From positions 101,990,001-102,054,000 of the forward strand of contig OZ024742.1 of the NCBI GenBank assembly GCA_964016885.1: DNA of 64,000 nt, given 5' to 3'. Below the pieces are notes generated by a model that did no database searches, was not told where the DNA came from, and was given only the letters and a program-made list of their open reading frames with translations. The DNA is from Eledone cirrhosa. Taxonomy: Eukaryota. Numbering within the stretch: position 1 is the stretch's first letter; every line of letters starts with the position of its first letter. Made by a program: the position numbers and the translations under genes. Positions 25,221-38,428 of the stretch are shown here, one piece after another.

Positions 25221-25550
25221 ACAGCTTTAGACAATACATTAACATCCTCTATAACAGCGCATGACTTTAGTTCCTTGTCCCATAGTTAATATATCGGGTC
25301 CGTTGTGTTTGCACTGGTCCGTTGTTTTTATTACAATGTTCCAGCAGAATATTTTATTTTTTTATTTTTAATAGTTCTAGCAGCAATACCATACTTCATG
25401 GGAAGACTGCTGATGATGCGAGGGATATCTTTTACACTAGTGTAGCATAATTGATATTTTCTATCACAAAGTGGAGGCTTGGAGGTATTCCTGCCTCTTT
25501 TAGGGATCAGGTATTTAGTAGCCATCTCCTGTTCCTTAATAGCAAAGATG
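25220..25550 (-). pseudogene. Degenerate R4/Dong-like RLE non-LTR retrotransposon fragment (zinc-knuckle region)
   Basis: YIFAIKEQEMATKYL...CDRKYQLCYTSVKDIPRIISSLP (eroded CxxC..H...C), then CAVIE-DVNVLSK resembling the 58331 fragment; contains stops and frameshifts. Confidence 0.6.
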
Positions 25551-26393
25551 TATCAAAAGGTTATAACAAAGGACTGCAATGAATGGAGGGAAGCTGTGCT
25601 GGAAAAGACCCGTCCAACCTATCCAAGCATGGAAAAGTGGATGTAAAATGATGATGATGATGTGGGATGTATCTATGATGGTTCCAGGAGAGATTACTCT
25701 TTCTACGAATCATCATCATCATTTAATATCCATTTTTCTACGGTAGTATGGGTTAGATGAGTTGTCTCATGAGACAAGCCAGGTCCAATAACTATGTCTT
25801 TCTCATACAGAATTGTTTCTGGCTTGGTTTTTATGGCTGGAAGCCCTTCTTGACACTGGGTACTTTTTGTTGTGACTCCTACATGACCATTTTAGTGTGG
25901 GCTGGGCATTTTTTGTCATGGCACCAACATGACCACATTTACAGTGTGTACTGGGTACTTTTTGTCATGACTCCTACATGATCACTTTACAATGTGGCTG
26001 GGTACTTTTTGTTGTCACACCAACACAGTCACTTTACTGTGTGGGCTGGGCACTTTTTGTTGACACAAGCACAACCACATTTACAGTGTGGGCTGTGTCA
26101 CCAACACAGCTACTTTACAGTGCTGGTATCTTTTAATTTGCAGGTTATCTAACCATTCATAACTTTCTGCTGATATGATGAATGTTTGCACTCCATAGCT
26201 CTCACTGGACATATGTACAACTCAGAGTACCTATGGTGTGGAAATTATCACTGGTGGTATCTTCCTTGTCTCAACCTCCAATTTGAGGCTCAAGTGTCCA
26301 GTCATGTATCTTGAATGATGATACTAGCACAGACAAGCAAAAGCATGCTTGTGTGTGTGTATGCATGTGTGTGTACATTTAGTGTATGTATCC

Positions 26394-27035
26394 GAGACTA
26401 CACCAATGTGTATATAAATATATACACATATCTAATATGTCGGCATATAAAAATGCCTGAACATACAAATTTCCCTGAAAATAAAAAAAACTGATAAACA
26501 CCTTTTAATCAATTTTCAGGTCTAATTGAACCTTCATCAGGTGTGTATATCAGCCAAACGATCACTGGTGGGTTTATATACCCATTCAATCTTAGTATTA
26601 TTCTGAAATGGATATACCAATTTGCGTATAATTAGCACCCGTGTAGGTAATTAGGATATATATTCAGAAGTGTGCTAACACCCAAAGTGTATGATAAAGA
26701 TATATCTGTATATGTATACAGATATATCTGTGTAACTGAGACTGCACAAATGTGTATATAAATATACACATATTTAATATGTAGGCATGTAAATATGCCA
26801 GAAAATATGAATTTCCCTGTAAATTGAAAAAAATGATAAACACCTTTTAATCGATTTTCTGAGCTAATTGGACCTTCATTAGAAGGCCTGTCTATCATCC
26901 AAACAACTACAAAGAAAAATTTATAGGGAAATTTGTATTTTTTTGGCATGTTTATATGTCTACATATTAAATATGTATATATTTGTATACACATTGGTGC
27001 AGTTTTAGTTACACACTCTGTATGTATACAGATAT
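26394..27035 (-). mobile_element. Degenerate retrozyme-like ~344-bp repeat (1.5 units plus an inverted arm) with two eroded HHRs (26491-26553, 26833-26897)
   Basis: GAGACT(A/G)CAC at 26394 and 26738. Minus strand CTGATGA-AGGT..ACCT-GAAA-ATTGAT-TA and CTAATGA..GAAA-ATCGAT-TA-AAAGG. ~26920-27035 is the reverse complement of part of the unit. Confidence 0.65.
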
Positions 27036-27117
27036 AACTTAATTGTAATTGTACACATTGGCTGTTAGCGCACTTTGTGTATATGGTGTGTATGTGTGCA
27101 TATATGTGTGTATATAT

Positions 27118-27162
<45 letters not shown>

Positions 27163-27349
27163 TGCACACATATACACACCTTCCCATCTATGTCTGAAAG
27201 TAAATTTTCTAAATCAGCGATAAAACCACAGAAATTCCTTTCTAATCTAATATAGTTGATCTGGAATTGTCGGATAGAGATTCTCGAAAGTTTTTTTTTG
27301 TTTCTGTTTTAAGAGAATGAAGCCAATTTTTAATCATAGTTGCACACAT

Positions 27350-27482
27350 TTGCATTGTACTGTTTTGTGGAGCATTGCACACATACATGCATTGTAGTGT
27401 TTTGTGGAGCATTGCACACATACATGCATTGTACTGTTTTGTGGAGCATTGCACACATACATGCATTGTAGTGTTTTGTGGT
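27350..27482. repeat. 38-bp minisatellite
   Basis: TGCATTGTA(C/G)TGTTTTGTGGAGCATTGCACACATACA x ~3.5. Confidence 0.9.
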
Positions 27483-29025
27483 GCCTCTACAAATGTAAAC
27501 AGAACAGTCTTGATTTACGACCAACTTCTAAAATGTCACAACTCCATCGAACATGGAAAAACATTTTTTTTCTCTCTATTCATTAACAGGAAACTGTCTT
27601 TTCCTTGGAAATGTTTACGCACCAGTTTTCTTGTAATAGCATTGCAAACGCATTCAAACTGTAATGGGATCAGCCTGTGTATTCATTTTGCATTATTTAA
27701 TAATGAAATCCCACCCACCCTGTCTGTCTTTTTTTTTTCTATAGATTTATCTAATTTTTTCTTTATTTTCTTGTTTTGTTTGTAGTTTTTGTTTCATTTT
27801 CAGCCATATTCAATCTCTATTACTACTACTACTACTACTACTACTACAAGTGGTGGTGGTGGTGGTGGTGTTGGTGCTGGTGTCATAGCTATTGTTGTGG
27901 TTGTTCTGTTGCTAGTTGAAAACTTCCTTTCAAATCAATGGTCCTGAGGAATTCTTACCCCCTTCCCATCCTCCTATCTGTCTTCTGCTTCCATCACAAT
28001 AAGACCACATCACCACCACCACCACTGACCAGCTTACATTCTCTCTCCTTGCTTTTATCTTCACATATTAATTTAATTTCCTATTCCAGCTGGTGGTAGT
28101 GGTTGGTGAGGGAGTGACAACAGATGAGAGAGGGGGTTATCCTCCCTTCTGTCACCAATCCCTTCCCCTCTCTATTTTCTACCCTAATTTGACAATAAAT
28201 ATAAGGGCTGGGGCAGCACCTCCCTACCCATGCAAATAGAAACACATATTATTCTGCTGGGTGGGGGAAAGAAGGTATCAGGTGTGGGTGGGAAAGGAAT
28301 TGAAACATTTCCTCCCCCTCTCTCTCTCACCTTAATTCTTATTCTCTCTCTTTCCATCTCATTCTCTCTCTCAATTCAACTATTCTGTTGTATTTTTTAT
28401 TTTTTCTTCCTTTCTTTATACATTTGTAATATTTTATGTTGTGTTCCATAAGTTCTGTTGCTACCCAAAAGTCTGTAACAATTCCAGAACAATGGGTTTA
28501 ACCAAACTGAAACCCACAATGAACCTCAATATCCCCTCCCTACACACACACATACCACGTATACACATGCCACACACACACATCACACACACAGCACTCA
28601 CACTCTACACACACATATACATGTGCCCTACACAGGCACATCCCCTACACACACCTTTTATTTTCCCCATTTTAATCTTTTCTTTTCAATTTTAAAAGTC
28701 TTCCCATTGTTCAACATCCACAATTTAAATTTTTATTTCAAATCACTTACTGAAAAAAAAAGGAACACTTCATTCAATGTTTTTCTTCCCTAAAATGCAA
28801 AGCTTACCCTAAGATCTTACTAGTATTTGTTTGGCTCAATTTCTCTAGAGGAAATGAGCCAATGTGCAATTATATAAAACCTCTATGCAGTCATTCAATT
28901 TACTAGAAATAGCTGCCAAATTTCAGACAGTTTGATACCAAAAGGGTTAAAACTATGATCACTCCTCTTCAAATATTTTCCACATTTCGTAATCTAATGT
29001 TATTCCAATTTATTTTCTATTTCAG

Positions 29026-29290
29026 TGGGAATCCATTCAACGTAGAAAGATATGGTGCAGATACGATTTTGAAAACATACAGATGCCAACCTCGAGTTCC
29101 TTGGCTGCGAGAGCTAAAGATGAAATCTTGTTTCCAGATCAGCACTCGTGAGAAGGAAAAAGATATTCACAACTATATTGGCAAATGGATCTCTGGCTAT
29201 GCGAAACATGTCAGCTTCAACATTGAAGTTTCTTCTTGTGGTTTGCGATTTGTTGAGTACGCTGATGCTAACTCTGTAGTTTATATGTGA
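29026..29290 (+). CDS. Probable terminal coding exon of an unidentified host gene
   Basis: Branch-like CTAAT (~28994), pyrimidine tract and TTTCAG acceptor; complex non-repetitive 87-aa frame GNPFNVERYG...ANSVVYM*; AATAAA downstream (~29671). Confidence 0.5.
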
Positions 29291-30439
29291 AACTGCCCTT
29301 TGTCTCATTCTTCTGCTTTTATGCAAAATACACTTATCTCGTAATAAGGGAATTAACACAATTCTGGTTCTAAAAGATTAAGTGCCTTTTGCAATATCTA
29401 AGTAATCATTTGTTTCTTCCCTACCCTTAAATCTCCCATTCAGCAAAATACAGTTTGTTTCCTCCCTCTCCACACCCCACCTGAAACCCTGTTTTTTTTT
29501 CCTCTTCCTCAAAAGTAAAATCTTCCCATAAATATATTTTTATTGCACCATTCTATATCATAAGTATAAATTTTGATACTACTTCCATTGCTATATATTA
29601 GACTAAATATTCTCTTCCCCTTCACTCTATTATCATGGTTTATAATTTACTTCAATATCTTTAAAATTTTAAATAAATAATATTGTTCATAACGATGATG
29701 ATGATAATTCTTTAACTTTTTTTTCATTCTTAATCTAAAGCATATTCTGGGCCTCTCTCACTCACTGCTGCCCCATCACCAGTAGCACTGTAGTTCTTTA
29801 CAGTTACACTTAGCTATTATAAATCACCTATAGCCCTCTAGTTCTCTGCACACACTCACATAAACACACATTTATTATCAATACTCAATAGTACTCTACT
29901 TAACAATATACCCACTCACTATTTTTACATATAATCTATATCTAACTTATTTCAGTTGAATGGCAATCTGTTGGTTCTGTTATTTACATAGTTATCCCCA
30001 CCCCTTCAAAAAGAAGTCACAAATTATTTTATGATGCTTAAAAAAATATATCTGAAATTATACCTGTATGTTGTATTGTAATCTTCAGTTGTATCTTGTG
30101 TTGTATATATATTATAATGGTTATAGTTGCAAATTCAACAATATTATATTTATCTTGAATACTATCACTGTATATATGTATGTGTTTAATAATATATATA
30201 TCAATATATATATATATGTACACACACGTGCATACACACACACATGCACACTTACACATTTAAAATTTGATGAAAAACAACTAATCATACTTGCTCCCTT
30301 TATGTAAAAATACTTATTTAATGATAAAAGTTGAAAAAATATTTTTTTCCTTTATTATATCTCTATCTACTTACCTCTTTCTCTCTCTCTCTCATATATA
30401 TGTATGTGTGTGTGTATATTTATATATATATGTATATAT

Positions 30440-30505
<66 letters not shown>

Positions 30506-31506
30506 CACACACATACATAGATATCTATCTATACTGCACTTTGTGCCAGAAATGTCTTCGCTCTCTGCACTGCCTCTTCACCAGTTCTCAAAAAATATTC
30601 TCAATATTCCTCCAGGAGTAAACCAAAAGGCTCTGCCTTACCATTTTTGGCAATTCCTGCAGTTTTATTATTTTATTAAAAAATAACAAACAAAGAAAAA
30701 AAAAACCAAAAAATTTCTTCCAACTTTCTCTCTTTTCTGGGTTTTAAAAAACAAAATGTCTTTTTTTTTCCGCCTCTCACCTCTCAGTATTCTTTATGAA
30801 AATGAAACGTGTTCAAATCTCGGTGTTGAAGAAAAAGAAGTCTCAGTAAGAAGACTCCACTGATTATATTTTGGAGCTTCTATTCTCTGAAAAGTCAGGG
30901 TTCAAGTCTTGTCAGTGCCTTTTTTGTACTCGAGTCTTTAACTCCTGAATAAGCTAGAATGTCTACAACTTTAATATTCTTTCCTATAACAAAATAAATA
31001 AATAAATATATTCTAAAAAACCAAAAAACATTTTTTATCTTCTTAAAAAATATTACTGAGTTATATTTTAGTTTGGTTCTAAAATATATTAAAAAATATA
31101 TAGAATTATTTGATTTTTTTTTTTTTTTTCTGTCTCAAATTAAGTAGCTGAAATACTCAAGTTTGATTCTTATTTTCATAGAAAAAAAAAAGTTTAAATC
31201 AACAATAAAAAAAAAAATATTAAGGTCTTGCAATTTTGAAATAATTATATCTTTAAATGAAACCCAACAGAAATAAAATAAGATGAAAAGTTATTTTCTG
31301 ATATAATGAAGGTGAAGAAGTTCCATTTATCCAATGTGATCTTTCAGTTGTGTATTTTTATTTGCTTCAGTGTTTTGGCTTCAAGTTATTATTATTAATA
31401 CAAATTTTTTTTTTTTAAATATTTTTATATTGCAATATTTTGAAATTGTTTGCTTAATTAATGTCATTGTTATTGTTTATTATTTTACTGGGGGGGGGGG
31501 GGGGGG

Positions 31507-32108
31507 GGATTGGCAGAATCGTTGGTGCATCAGACAAAATGCTTTACAACATTTAGTTGCAGCCCTTTACATTCTGAGTTGAAATCCCGCCGAGGTCAAC
31601 TTTGCCTTTCATCCTCCTGAGGTCGATAAAATAAAGTAATAGGCGAATATTGGGGTTCAATGTAGTCGACTTGCCCTTTCCCTAAAGTTTCTGGCCTTGG
31701 CATAAATTAGAAAACGTCATGTGGTATTTAGTTATGTTATGTGGTATTTAGTTATGACCCTTTACGTTCTGAGTTCAATTCCCACTGAAGTCAAATTTGC
31801 TTTTGTTACTCTTCCAGAGTTGATAAAGAACTTAGTGAAGTACTGGGTGGGGTGTGGGTGATTGATTTAATTGACTTTACTTTACTTAAATGCGGGGTCT
31901 CTGTGCCAGTGTTAAAAACCATTATTATTTTCACTATCTTTTCTTGTATAGGCGGCGAATTGGCAGTTATTAGAATGTCAGATAGAATGCTTTGCGGTAT
32001 TCGTTCTGGCTCTCTACATTCTGAGTTCAAATCCTGCTGAAGTTAACTTTTCCTTTCATCCTTTTGAGGTTGATAAAAAAAGTACCAGTCTAGTACTGGG
32101 GTTGATTC
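31507..32108 (+). mobile_element. Cluster of three SINE S2 copies/fragments
   Basis: Repeated TTGGCAG...GAGTTCAAATCC..GAGGTCAACTTTGCCTTTCATCC..GGTCGATAAAA. Confidence 0.75.
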
Positions 32109-33176
32109 TTCCTCTATATCTCTTTCTGTGGAAGAAATTGTCTGTGTTTAGGCCTGGAAAGGGATGGGATCCACCAGGTTTGAAATGCCCAAGACATACT
32201 GTATATCAGTATGGTGTCCCTGCAACTCTATCAGGAGTTACAGGTCTATACATACATAGAGCTTGTCTTGTGCTTCCATAAATATCACATGGAAGAAGCA
32301 TTTGACATGTTATGATTAAGTACTAGTTTCTGATTATTTTGTTGGTCTGGGAGTGACTATTGTTGACTGCTTTGTCCCCCACTTCAATATTGTATGTGAC
32401 CCCTATTCAGATAGTATTGAATGAACTGTTGGTGTCTTTAGTAATTAATGACCACTAGCGTTGAACAACTATCACATCTTTCTAACCAACTGGTCTCTAC
32501 TGGTTCGTCATGTCCCTAATTCAGTGTTATTTAACCCCAGGTCAATTCTGATTGAGTAGATCTATGATCAAAGGTGTTCAAACCATGACCATTCTCTGTT
32601 TTTGAAAGGATATCTAGGGACTACACTATGGAATGTTACCCCCACCTCCTTTTTTCTTAAAAAGAAAAAGGTGTTAGGGGATTTGATTTGAGGGAGAATT
32701 GGCTGCTACTTTTATCAGGTTGAGCGTCTACATAGAAGCTTTCCTCGTTAGTGAGTAATAATGTCTCAGCAATAGTGTCCAGTGATTTCTACTTACTGCA
32801 ACCTGTGAGTTTCTGTTACCACTATATTCTTCTGTCAATTGGTTTCTTGCTACAACTGTGTCTACCTCCTTAGTACATAGTGTGGTGGAATATTGCCCCT
32901 TCTGTCTGTCATACATCCAAGATCTTCCTCTAAGAATATAGATGAATAAATATAAGAAAAAGAATATATATACACATAAATATATATTTCTTTCTAAAAT
33001 ATATTGAAAAATGGGAAGATATATATACACTAACCTTTTTCTTGTTGCATTTGTCCTGGAAACCTAGATCTGTGTATGTATACGCACATACACCTACACG
33101 TTTATGAAGATATATGTACCTACAGTCACACACATGCACTTCATTTTTCTTTTTAATGGAAGTATGGATTATGTGA

Positions 33177-33530
33177 AGCGGCGAATTGGTAGACGTTAGA
33201 ATGTCAGATAGAATGCTTTGCAGTATTTGTTCTGGCTTTCTTTGCTCTTAGTTCAAATCCCGCAGAAGTCAACTTTACCTTCCATCATCTCAAGGTCAAT
33301 AAAAAAAGTACCTGTCCACAACTGGAGTCGATTCTTCCTCTATTTCCCATTCTCATTTCCTCTCTATCACTCTTTCTCTCTAGCTCCTCTTTCCCACTTC
33401 TTGTCTTCCTCTCAAAGAAATCAGTTGTGTTCAGATCTGAAGTGATGTGGGCTCTGCCAGGTTTAAAATGCCCAAGAAGCAACAGATGTCATTACGACAC
33501 CACTATTACTCCATCAGGAGTTACTGGTTC
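33177..33530 (+). mobile_element. SINE S2 copy with an extended tail shared with 32110-32260, 50150-50280 and 51490-51620
   Basis: S2 head and core followed by AGAAAT..TGTGTT(C/T)AG...GGTTTAAAATGCCC...ACTCCATCAGGAGT. Confidence 0.6.
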
Positions 33531-34042
33531 ATTCATACATACATATATATATATATATATAATATATATATGGACCATGTGTGAAGCTAGATTTGACAGA
33601 CAGAACCTGTGACCAAATAGATTTTGAATTCCAGCAAACTTGGATCTAGTTATATTTTGTATTCTTGAAATCACCAACTTGTAACACTTTTTTTTTTTTT
33701 TTTTGTCTAAACTCTTTTGTTATTTTATTTCTTTATACAAATCAGTACTGTTGGATATTCTAGCTTCTGTAATGTCTTCTAATCCCTGCCTCCTACACAA
33801 AATATGTCAAAAGTAATTTATATACTATTTGTTCCATTGTCAACTGCTCTTTCACTATTTGTTCTATTCCAATGATAAAATGTCCAATAATTCTTGTCAA
33901 ATTATTCTTTACAATCAATGCCAATTTTAATGTATATGCTGGTTCAATAAATTATTTTTTTTTTCCAATTTGTTCTGATTTCAAAGATATTTTTTCTTTT
34001 AGCTTCTACTTGTAAATTCTGCAGAAATATTTTTTGTATATT

Positions 34043-34094
<52 letters not shown>

Positions 34095-34193
34095 TATTGA
34101 AGTTTCCGTTGAAAATTGAAAAAGTCATAGGAGTAAAGAGTGCTCTACGTAAGTACCAGAGCAAAATTTAATGTATAGTAAACAATACAATAT

Positions 34194-34271
34194 AATTACC
34201 TCATTACCAGAGGTTTCCCGAATAAGACGAATACGAAAAACGTCCTCATTCGTTCGTCAGACAAGGCAATT
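34194..34271 (-). ncRNA. Type I hammerhead
   Basis: Reverse complement AATTGCCTTGT-CTGACGA-A CGAATGAGGACG..CGTCTTATTCG G-GAAA-CC tct GG-TA-ATGAGGTAATT. Confidence 0.82.
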
Positions 34272-34906
34272 TAAAACATAGTGAAATATTTGAAAAGTTT
34301 CTTCAAGCAATGCACGAGTTTAACGGGCAAAAAATATATAAATAAAAGTAATGCAAGAGATATATAAAAAAATAAGGAAATATAGTTAGGGTATGTGTAT
34401 ATGTATGTATATACACTCACAAATGTACATATGTGTGTATGTACAAATGCATGTGTATGGTGAAAATATGTGCGTAAGTAGATATATGAGGGCAAGTATA
34501 TTTGTGTATATGTGACCACAAATACGTATATAATATGAGTTGAAAAAGAAATTGTATGATAATATAGTTAACATGCATCCAGATACAGGTATTAAATACA
34601 CATACGAGTATGAAAGCACGCGTATAAACACACACACACACGCGCGCGGTCACTTATATGCGGAAGATAAAGAGGGAAGGGAGTGTAATAGTAAAAAGAA
34701 GTGTCATTCTCGATATATGTATAAAAATGAAACAATATATGAGAATGAAAAAATTTTTTAAATCAAAAAGAAAGTAATCAATTAACACTAGAGAAAAGAA
34801 AACAAACATAGGTACGCACGTACACACATATATATATATAAATATTTATACACACAAATACGTACAGACAGGCGCATGCATGTGTACATACATACACACG
34901 AGGCAC

Positions 34907-34940
<34 letters not shown>

Positions 34941-35086
34941 CCACATGTATATCTAATCACACGTACGTACGCGATTATATATACATATATACATACACAC
35001 CCATACATATACATACGCATACATTCATCCGCATTCAAACTCTTGCATTTCTTGAGGAGACTTTTCAAATATTTCACTATGTTTTA

Positions 35087-35148
35087 AATTGCCTTGTCCG
35101 ACGAACGAATGACGTCTTATTCGGGAAACCTCTGGTAATGAGGTAATT
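35087..35148 (+). ncRNA. Mutated copy of the 34194 hammerhead (CCGACGA core, stem II deletion)
   Basis: AATTGCCTTGT-CCGACGA-ACGAATGACGTCTTATTCGG-GAAA-CCTCTGG-TA-ATGAGGTAATT. Confidence 0.7.
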
Positions 35149-35189
35149 ATATTATATTGTTTACTATACATTATATATATATATAAGGT

Positions 35190-35396
35190 AAAAAGATGCT
35201 GATCTTTTCTTCTTTTCGGGTTATAGCTACTGTTGCTCAGAGAGTGGGATTGGCTCAGTGCACAGTCTTTCCTCACTTTAAAAAAATATCTTCACGCACA
35301 GGCATTGCACGATAGAATTAATTAATAATTATTAAAAATGGTATATCATGCAGTGGCCATACTCCATAACGAGGGGGGGGGGGGGCAGCTATCATG
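35190..35396 (+). mobile_element. 3' part of the interspersed element also found at 45893-46403
   Basis: Reverse-complement similarity to 45893-46070. Confidence 0.7.
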
Positions 35397-35470
35397 ATAT
35401 ATATATAAAGAGAGAGAGAGAGAGAGAATGAGAAAATGCGAAGTAGTTTCAGATGTTAAAGTCCTTTATT

Positions 35471-35540
35471 GGTAATGCATATTTCAATGACGACAGTGGC
35501 CACACGAATCTGTGTACCCAGTGCCGTGACATCATCAGAC
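35471..35540 (-). ncRNA. Candidate degenerate hammerhead (weak stem I)
   Basis: Reverse complement GT-CTGATGA-TGTCACGGCACTGG..CCACTGTCGTCATT-GAAA-TATGCA-TT-AC, then CAATAAA. Confidence 0.45.
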
Positions 35541-35965
35541 TGCTTCTTATATAATAAGGTTACGTTCCCAAGGCAATCCAAACAGAAACGACAAGGGAAC
35601 GGACAAGGCGTGTGTTCTTGAATCGCCTGCCCGTTCCCCTGTGTACACACACACAGTACAGTACAGTACTGTACAGTGTTTTACCGTGACTGCGTAAATG
35701 TCTATATAAATTTACACATTGAATATGCAGGCTATACAGGTGGGAAAACATGCTATTTCTTTGTAAATTGAAAAAAAAATGTTGAAAATTTTTCATTCAT
35801 TTTTTATTCTAATTGTGATTCTCGGAGAATATGTACTTCAAACAATTAGAAGGAAATACTTAACTGGCGCCATTATATAGCCTTATAAATATCATAGTAA
35901 TCACGAAATGACGCAGTAATTTGTATATTTTTAATGCCTATGTTTGTAGTTAATTTTAATATATA

Positions 35966-36281
35966 CAGTGGAACCCTGGCTCACAAACGCCTCTCATCAC
36001 GAACAACTTTTCCGAACTTAAAACGTCTCCGTTCACGAACCGTGTCTCGAGTAACGAACACACAACAATTGGCGACAAGCTGAGAATATCGGCGGGAAAG
36101 CGTCTGTTGCTGTGTAGTTAGTTACTATGGTGATATCTATCTGTCTCTCATACACAATCTCTCTCTCACTGTATTTCTTTCTCAACATTTCGTATGAAAA
36201 AAAATAGTTTCGGCTTATGAACATTTCGGGTGACGAACAGCCTTCAGGAACGAGTTAAGTTTGTGAGCCGAGGTTCCACTG
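35966..36281. mobile_element. Tc1/mariner (pogo/Tigger-like) MITE
   Basis: TA|CAGTGGAACCCTGGCTCACAAAC ... GTTTGTGAGCCGAGGTTCCACTG|TA. Confidence 0.85.
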
Positions 36282-37291
36282 TATTGTTCAATAAGCAGTC
36301 GAAGTATACGTTATATCTATATCAGCTTAGATATAGAATTTTGCAAAAACATATGGAAATGCCCATTTGTATAAAGTGCGGGCTTGACAGCAGTATCGGG
36401 GAAGGGTCGGACGCCATGCTTTGCAGCATAGAGTTGCGGCCCTTTGCGGTCTGAGTTCAAATCCCGTTTGCCTTCATCATTACGGAGTCGATAAAATAAA
36501 GCACCAGTAATTTATCTATCTAGTGCAGGTAAAATTCCCGAGATCCTTGGACGAGTTCTCTCCGGCTGTCTCTGTCCCTCATCATCGCTGCCATGTCCTG
36601 CGTCTCCAAGAAATTTGTATCTGTCCTTAGGGCATCAACATATATCAACTAGTAATGCACTGGGATAATTGCTGGCCTTGTGCCAAAAAGTAGAAAATGC
36701 ATTAACAGTAGCACTAACACACTGTGATTCAGAATAGAGGCGTATATGAAAGCATATACAATATGTTTATGTAAAATATCCATACATAAGTCAAGATATG
36801 GCCATGTCACAGTTAATCCAGTAACTATATGAGGTCGCAAAAAATTGGTATATAAGCTGATACCTTATTTCGTTCGCCTCAGTGAAATTAACACGAAAGT
36901 GGGGGAGCTTTCCATAGACACGTGTGTCCTTGACGTAATTCTCACGGGGGTGGGGGTGGGTGATAAGGCTGGCTCTTTGAATTACAGATAAAATCAATCT
37001 AACGAAGCAGTTTCTGTCTACCCAATTTCACTCACAAAGCCAGGATTAACCAAAGGCTATGGTAAATAACACCTAAGAGTTAACGCAGTGGTATTGAGCC
37101 CAGGACATAATGATAGCAATGCGAACTTCTTAACCATTCGATCATGCTGTCTTAAGATAATATGGTTATCGTCTGCAACGGCCTGTCATTTTGACAAAAC
37201 CGACGAAACACACGGTTCATTATCAAATTGAAGATAGTGGGTTTGGCTTTTACACTTACCTCCCTTCTCCCGATAACCAAATGCTGAACCT

Positions 37292-37577
37292 GTGGATTGG
37301 CAGTATTGGTAGAGGGTCGGACGCCATGCTTTCCATCATAGTTACGTCCCCTTACGATCTGAGTTCAAATCCCGCCGAGGTTGACTTTGCCTTTCATCCT
37401 TACGGGGTCGATAAAATAAAGTACCAGTAATGCACTGGGTAATTGCTGGCCTTGTGCCTAAAGTAGAAACAATTATTACAAAATCCCGCCGAGTTTAACT
37501 TTGCCTTTCATCCTTGTGTGGTCGATAAAATAAAGTACCAGTAATACTTTTGTGCCAAAAGTACAAACAATTATTAC
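37292..37577 (+). mobile_element. tRNA-derived SINE S2 (full copy plus a tandem 3' half); other copies at 36378-36510 (+) and 48409-48596 (-)
   Basis: TTGGCAGTATTGGTAGAG A box, GAGTTCAAATCC B box, GACTTTGCCTTTCATCCTTACGGGGTCGATAAAATAAAGTACCAG core, AATTATTA tail. Confidence 0.85.
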
Positions 37578-37624
37578 ATCAGCTCTAGAAATTCTTGCAT
37601 TTAATTATGCCTCCTATCTTCCAT

Positions 37625-37820
37625 CAATCGATAAAAGGAAACCCAGGGGTAGACCACGAGCAAGGTGGTTGGATAACATCCATAACCTTAGTTAATCTCA
37701 CTTGGGGATCCATCTGGATCATTTAGAGACAGTTACTTGTAATAAAACCCCCTGGAAGGTGTAACTGATGACTCTGCCTCCACGACCTTCTCGGGAATAA
37801 GTGGGGCAAAGAAAATGAAA
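37625..37820 (+). pseudogene. RTE-clade LINE C-terminal fragment
   Basis: Translates KRKPRGRPRARWLDNI, the RGRPxxRWxD motif typical of RTE ORF ends. Confidence 0.5.
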
Positions 37821-37891
37821 CACAAAAGTCGTGAAACAGGAAAGAAAATGGAGTCATAATAATTTGATAAACATTATTTGGAAGTTAAAAA

Positions 37892-37944
<53 letters not shown>

Positions 37945-37989
37945 GAGAGTAAAACAAAGAATCCTTTAATACATCAAAAGTTTTTATTA

Positions 37990-38027
37990 GCCGACAATGT
38001 TTCGTCCTATTAAGGACTCATCAGGGC
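37990..38027 (-). ncRNA. Type I hammerhead (PLE #2 pLTR, sense)
   Basis: Reverse complement GCC-CTGATGA-GTCCT taat AGGAC-GAAA-CATTG-TC-GGC. Confidence 0.92.
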
Positions 38028-38370
38028 AATCAAAACAACAAGAAGTAATATCGGCAGATACAAGCCGGAAGCTCCGAAGAATATGGAGTGTACATACACT
38101 AAAGTCTTGCAAAAATATATGATAATAAAAATAAAAATAAAAATAATAAAAATATATAATAAGAATAACTAAGGATGTATATAATATTAAGAACCATATT
38201 ACAAATATAGTCCAAAGCAACTAACCTAAATCTAAACAAATTTGGTTATATAGAGCAGGAATTATATATAACACAATGTAATATAACATAATACATTATA
38301 ATAATATACCTTTACCAACATTAAAATTACAATTAAAAATCAAAAGGTACAATATATACATGTATATATG

Positions 38371-38428
<58 letters not shown>

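Larger units (their letters stand above)
34092..35175. mobile_element. Non-coding PLE remnant bounded by inverted pLTRs
   Basis: ~34170-34322 and ~35038-35173 are reverse complements, each with an HHR; (TA)n at both ends. Confidence 0.75.
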
